Source: an uncultured Chloroflexia bacterium
Lineage (GTDB): Bacteria; Chloroflexota; UBA6077; JACCZL01
NCBI GenBank assembly: GCA_963765765.1
Contig: CAVXYC010000005.1
Coordinates: 1 to 35,281, forward strand
Length of the DNA stretch: 35,281 nucleotides
Direction: 5' to 3'
How positions within the stretch are numbered: position 1 is the stretch's first letter; the number at the start of each line of letters is the position of its first letter. The notes under the pieces are model-generated. The model did no database searches. It was not told the DNA's origin and worked only from the letters and a program-made list of their open reading frames with translations. Shown here piece by piece: positions 32,779-35,281 of the stretch. The translations under genes and the position numbers were made by a program.

Positions 32779-33360
32779 GTGAACCGGTTCACGATATCGG
32801 AGGATGGTCTGCTCTCCGATCAGTCTGTGCAAGACGTGGCGTCCATGTACCAACAATTGGCGCCGTGGGCGGACGGTCTGACCATCGAGGCCAATGCGAT
32901 GGTAGTACGTGCCTATACGGCCATGATCGCCCGAAACGCTCCCTGCTGGGCTGAATTCGGCCTTTCGGACGGCCGATTTACGCTATTGCGCTGGCTCTAC
33001 CAGGCCGAAAACCACCGTCTCTCGATGATTGAGCTTGCCCGCCGGATGAACGTAAGCCCCGCCAATGTGACGAAGCTGGCCAAAGGGCTTGAGCGCGATG
33101 GCCTGATCAAGCGCGTGAACCACCCACAGGATCGCCGACTTGTTATCGCAGCGCTAACCCCGGAAGGGCGATCGCGATTTGAAGCTGTGCTTCCTTCCAT
33201 GCGGAGACGCATCGAAGCCGCGTGGGCTGGTATTTCCAATCAAGAGAAGCGCGTGCTTATCCACATCCTGTCCAAGCTTCAGATGACGATGCAGGCTGAC
33301 GTGGACGTCGCCGCGTTGGTCCAGCGGGAACCCCAGAACGCCTCCGATTCGGAACGCTGA
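32779..33360 (+). CDS. MarR family transcriptional regulator
   Basis: GLSDGRFTLLRWL..LSMIELARRMNVSPANVTKLAKGLERDGLIKRVNHPQDRRLVIAALTPEG. Confidence 0.93.
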   Translation: MNRFTISEDGLLSDQSVQDVASMYQQLAPWADGLTIEANAMVVRAYTAMIARNAPCWAEFGLSDGRFTLLRWLYQAENHRLSMIELARRMNVSPANVTKLAKGLERDGLIKRVNHPQDRRLVIAALTPEGRSRFEAVLPSMRRRIEAAWAGISNQEKRVLIHILSKLQMTMQADVDVAALVQREPQNASDSER

Positions 33361-33422
33361 CTTCGGCCCGTCCATTGACCGCGGAGCATAGTTCCACGAG
33401 CGGTCCGAAATGGGACTCGCAA

Positions 33423-33529
33423 CAGCGCCGCGACCGTGAGCGCGCGGATTCCTTGAGCGCTCCGGTCTACGTCGTGGAGAGTCAGGAGGAACCCGCTTAC
33501 TCACGTGCGCGGCACTGAGGCTGGTTGGG
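33423..33529. repeat. REP-like inverted repeat, copy B
   Basis: 33494-33529 matches the reverse complement of 29769-29804 at 34/36 nt. The left arm CAGCGCCGCGACCGTGAGCGCGCGGATTCCT is degenerate. Confidence 0.75.
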
Positions 33530-33532
33530 GCG

Positions 33533-34583
33533 TTACAGCCCGAAGAATCTCCTGGGGTTCGCCTCCAGGATCTGCTCCTGATCAGCCTCCGACAAACCAG
33601 AGCGGCGTAGGTCCTCGATAGCCGACGGCCAGAGGCCGTTGGGGTCGCCGTGATAGAAGTCGCTGCCCAGCATGAATTGATGGTCGGGCACCAGCCGCAC
33701 CATGTCGGCGAGGGATGGCTCTTTGGTGTGCACCGTGATGTAGAAGCGGTCGATGTACTCGCTGGGCATCCGCTCGAGGTGCGCGATCAGTCGCGAGGCC
33801 TGGCCGCGCTCCAGATGGTCCTGGTAGTAAATGTCCAGCCGTTTGACAAGGTACGGCACCCAGCCCACGCCGGCCTTGAACATGCCGAATTTCAGCGTGG
33901 AAAGCGATCCAGAGCGCCGCTGAAAATCAGGTGCGCCATGGTCAGCATGTAGGTGAACGAAAAGCCCAGCGCGGAGCCCAGGAAACCGTACTCGGCGCCG
34001 AATCGATCGGCGCCAACCAGCGCGGTGTTCAGCGGCTGAGCATCGGAAGTACGCGCCGCTCCGTGCGCCAGCACGGGCACGTCTAGCTCGGCCACCTTCG
34101 CCCAGAACGGGTCCAGCTCACGGCTGCCCAGGTGGAGATCGCCGACCGCACCGTTACTTTTACCGACCGCAAGCCGAGCGTATTGACGGCCCGCTCCAGC
34201 TCCTTGATCGCGCCGTCGATGTCGGCCAGATAAACCCAGGCCACACCGATGTAGCGATCGTGCCCCTTGATCGCCGCGGCGGTGGCGTCGTTGTAGGCGC
34301 GGGCTAGCGAGTTGCCGATCTCCGGATCGTCCTCATAGATCAGGGGTCGGTTCTCCGGAATGAGCACCTGCCGATCGAATCCGTGGCGGTCCATCACCGC
34401 CGTGCGCTTGCTCAGGTCGTAGCCGTCCTCCGGGATGCTGATCAGCGGTGCGCCCTGCCGCAGCACGTTGATTCGTGTGCCGTCGCGCTGATATTGAATC
34501 CAGTCTCGCGCTGCCGGGCTGTCCACGTGGTCTAGCCACTCCAGCGGCAGATAATGCGTGTCGGCATCGATGTACAGGGTCAT
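33533..34583 (-). CDS. Amidohydrolase_2 family metalloenzyme, frameshifted
   Basis: YIDADTHY, LARAYND, AIKELERAV, VPVLAHG, LIFSGALDRFP, AGVGWVP, MLGSDFYHGD, ILEANPRRFFGL. Confidence 0.9.
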
Positions 34584-34652
34584 GACGTCGTCTCCCCCTT
34601 TGCGCAACCTTGAGCGCAAGCGCCACTCAGAATAGGTTAAGGTTCTCAACCG

Positions 34653-34674
34653 TTGTAACGCATTGCGTTACAAT
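34653..34674 (+). promoter_or_regulatory. Perfect palindromic operator overlapping the -10 box of the TA operon
   Basis: TTGTAACGCA-t-TGCGTTACAA; TACAAT at 34669-34674. Confidence 0.75.
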
Positions 34675-34685
34675 CTCTTGAATCT

Positions 34686-34969
34686 ATGTTGTATGTGCGC
34701 CGTCTCACCTGGGACCCTGGTAACGTGGCGCACATAGCCCGACACAATATCACCCCGGATGAGGTCGAGCAGGTCTGTCATGGCGAACCGATCATCCGAC
34801 AGAGTTATCTCGGAAGGCTTCTCGTGATTCGCCCCAATCACGCCAGCCATATCCTGCTGGTTGTTCTCGATCCCGAAGGCGACGATGCGTATTACGTGGT
34901 GACAACTCGACCGGCGGATGGAAAGAGCGACGCACATTTCAAGCTGAGAAGGGAGGGGAGACATCATGA
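34686..34969 (+). CDS. brnT: BrnT-family ribonuclease toxin (type II TA), one frameshift near the 3' end
   Basis: LTWDPGNVAHIARHNITPDEVEQV..RLLVI..ILLVV..YVVTTRPA..KERRTF. The stop overlaps the next start (ATGA). Confidence 0.82.
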
Positions 34970-35265
34970 CCACGCGAGAATCACGCACAAAAGTTACGAA
35001 GAAGCCAATCCCAGATTTCAAGTCGAGAGAGGAAGAGGGCGAAGTTCTGGGATACGCATAGCGCGGCCGATTACTGGGACGAGTCGGAGCCCGTCAAAGT
35101 TCGCTTCGCCCGGGACCCTTGTCTGAAGGGATCACTATTCGTCTGGACCCGGGCACCATGCGAGAAGTCCGTGAGCAGGCTAAGAAAAACGGCCTAGGCC
35201 CTACGACCTTGATCAGAATGTGGGTATTAGAGCGGCTGCAGGGGGTCCGCCCAACAACACGCTGA
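34966..35265 (+). CDS. CopG/BrnA-type ribbon-helix-helix antitoxin, frameshifted (absent from the ORF track)
   Basis: KPIPDFKSREEEAKFWDTHSAADYWDE..ITIRLDPGTMREVREQAKKNGLGPTTLIRMWVLERL. Confidence 0.85.
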
Positions 35266-35281
35266 TTCGGTCTTCTTCTCA

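Overview
GC-rich bacterial chromosomal segment with no rRNA, tRNA, CRISPR, phage or transposase genes. Lipoprotein solute-binding proteins (SBPs) with long Pro/Ala/Thr linkers suggest a monoderm such as Chloroflexota (inference only). Most genes are broken by single-base indels, most likely uncorrected long-read errors, so I stitched CDS across frames and many ends are approximate. Left part: end of a DEAD-box helicase, a TctC/Bug SBP, a conserved membrane protein, a TelA + XpaC-like pair, a TIGR03086-like protein, an apparent REC-TrxB-like-cNMP fusion, a nitroreductase and an amidohydrolase. Centre: a GntR-headed, duplicated [TctC - MmgE/PrpD - MmgE/PrpD] x2 cluster, an alpha/beta hydrolase, glgC and two transglutaminase-like genes. 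Right part: an AhpD/CMD protein with an in-frame CxxU (TGA) and a SECIS-like hairpin, a Zn-ADH/lactonase/CMD operon, three more SBP-fold genes, MarR, a second amidohydrolase and a BrnT/CopG-type toxin-antitoxin pair. Several REP-like palindromes lie in the intergenic gaps. Best leads: the four-paralog MmgE/PrpD cassette, the selenoprotein, the pseudo-receiver/TrxB/cNMP fusion, and an orphan promoter-driven structured RNA at ~8770-8940.
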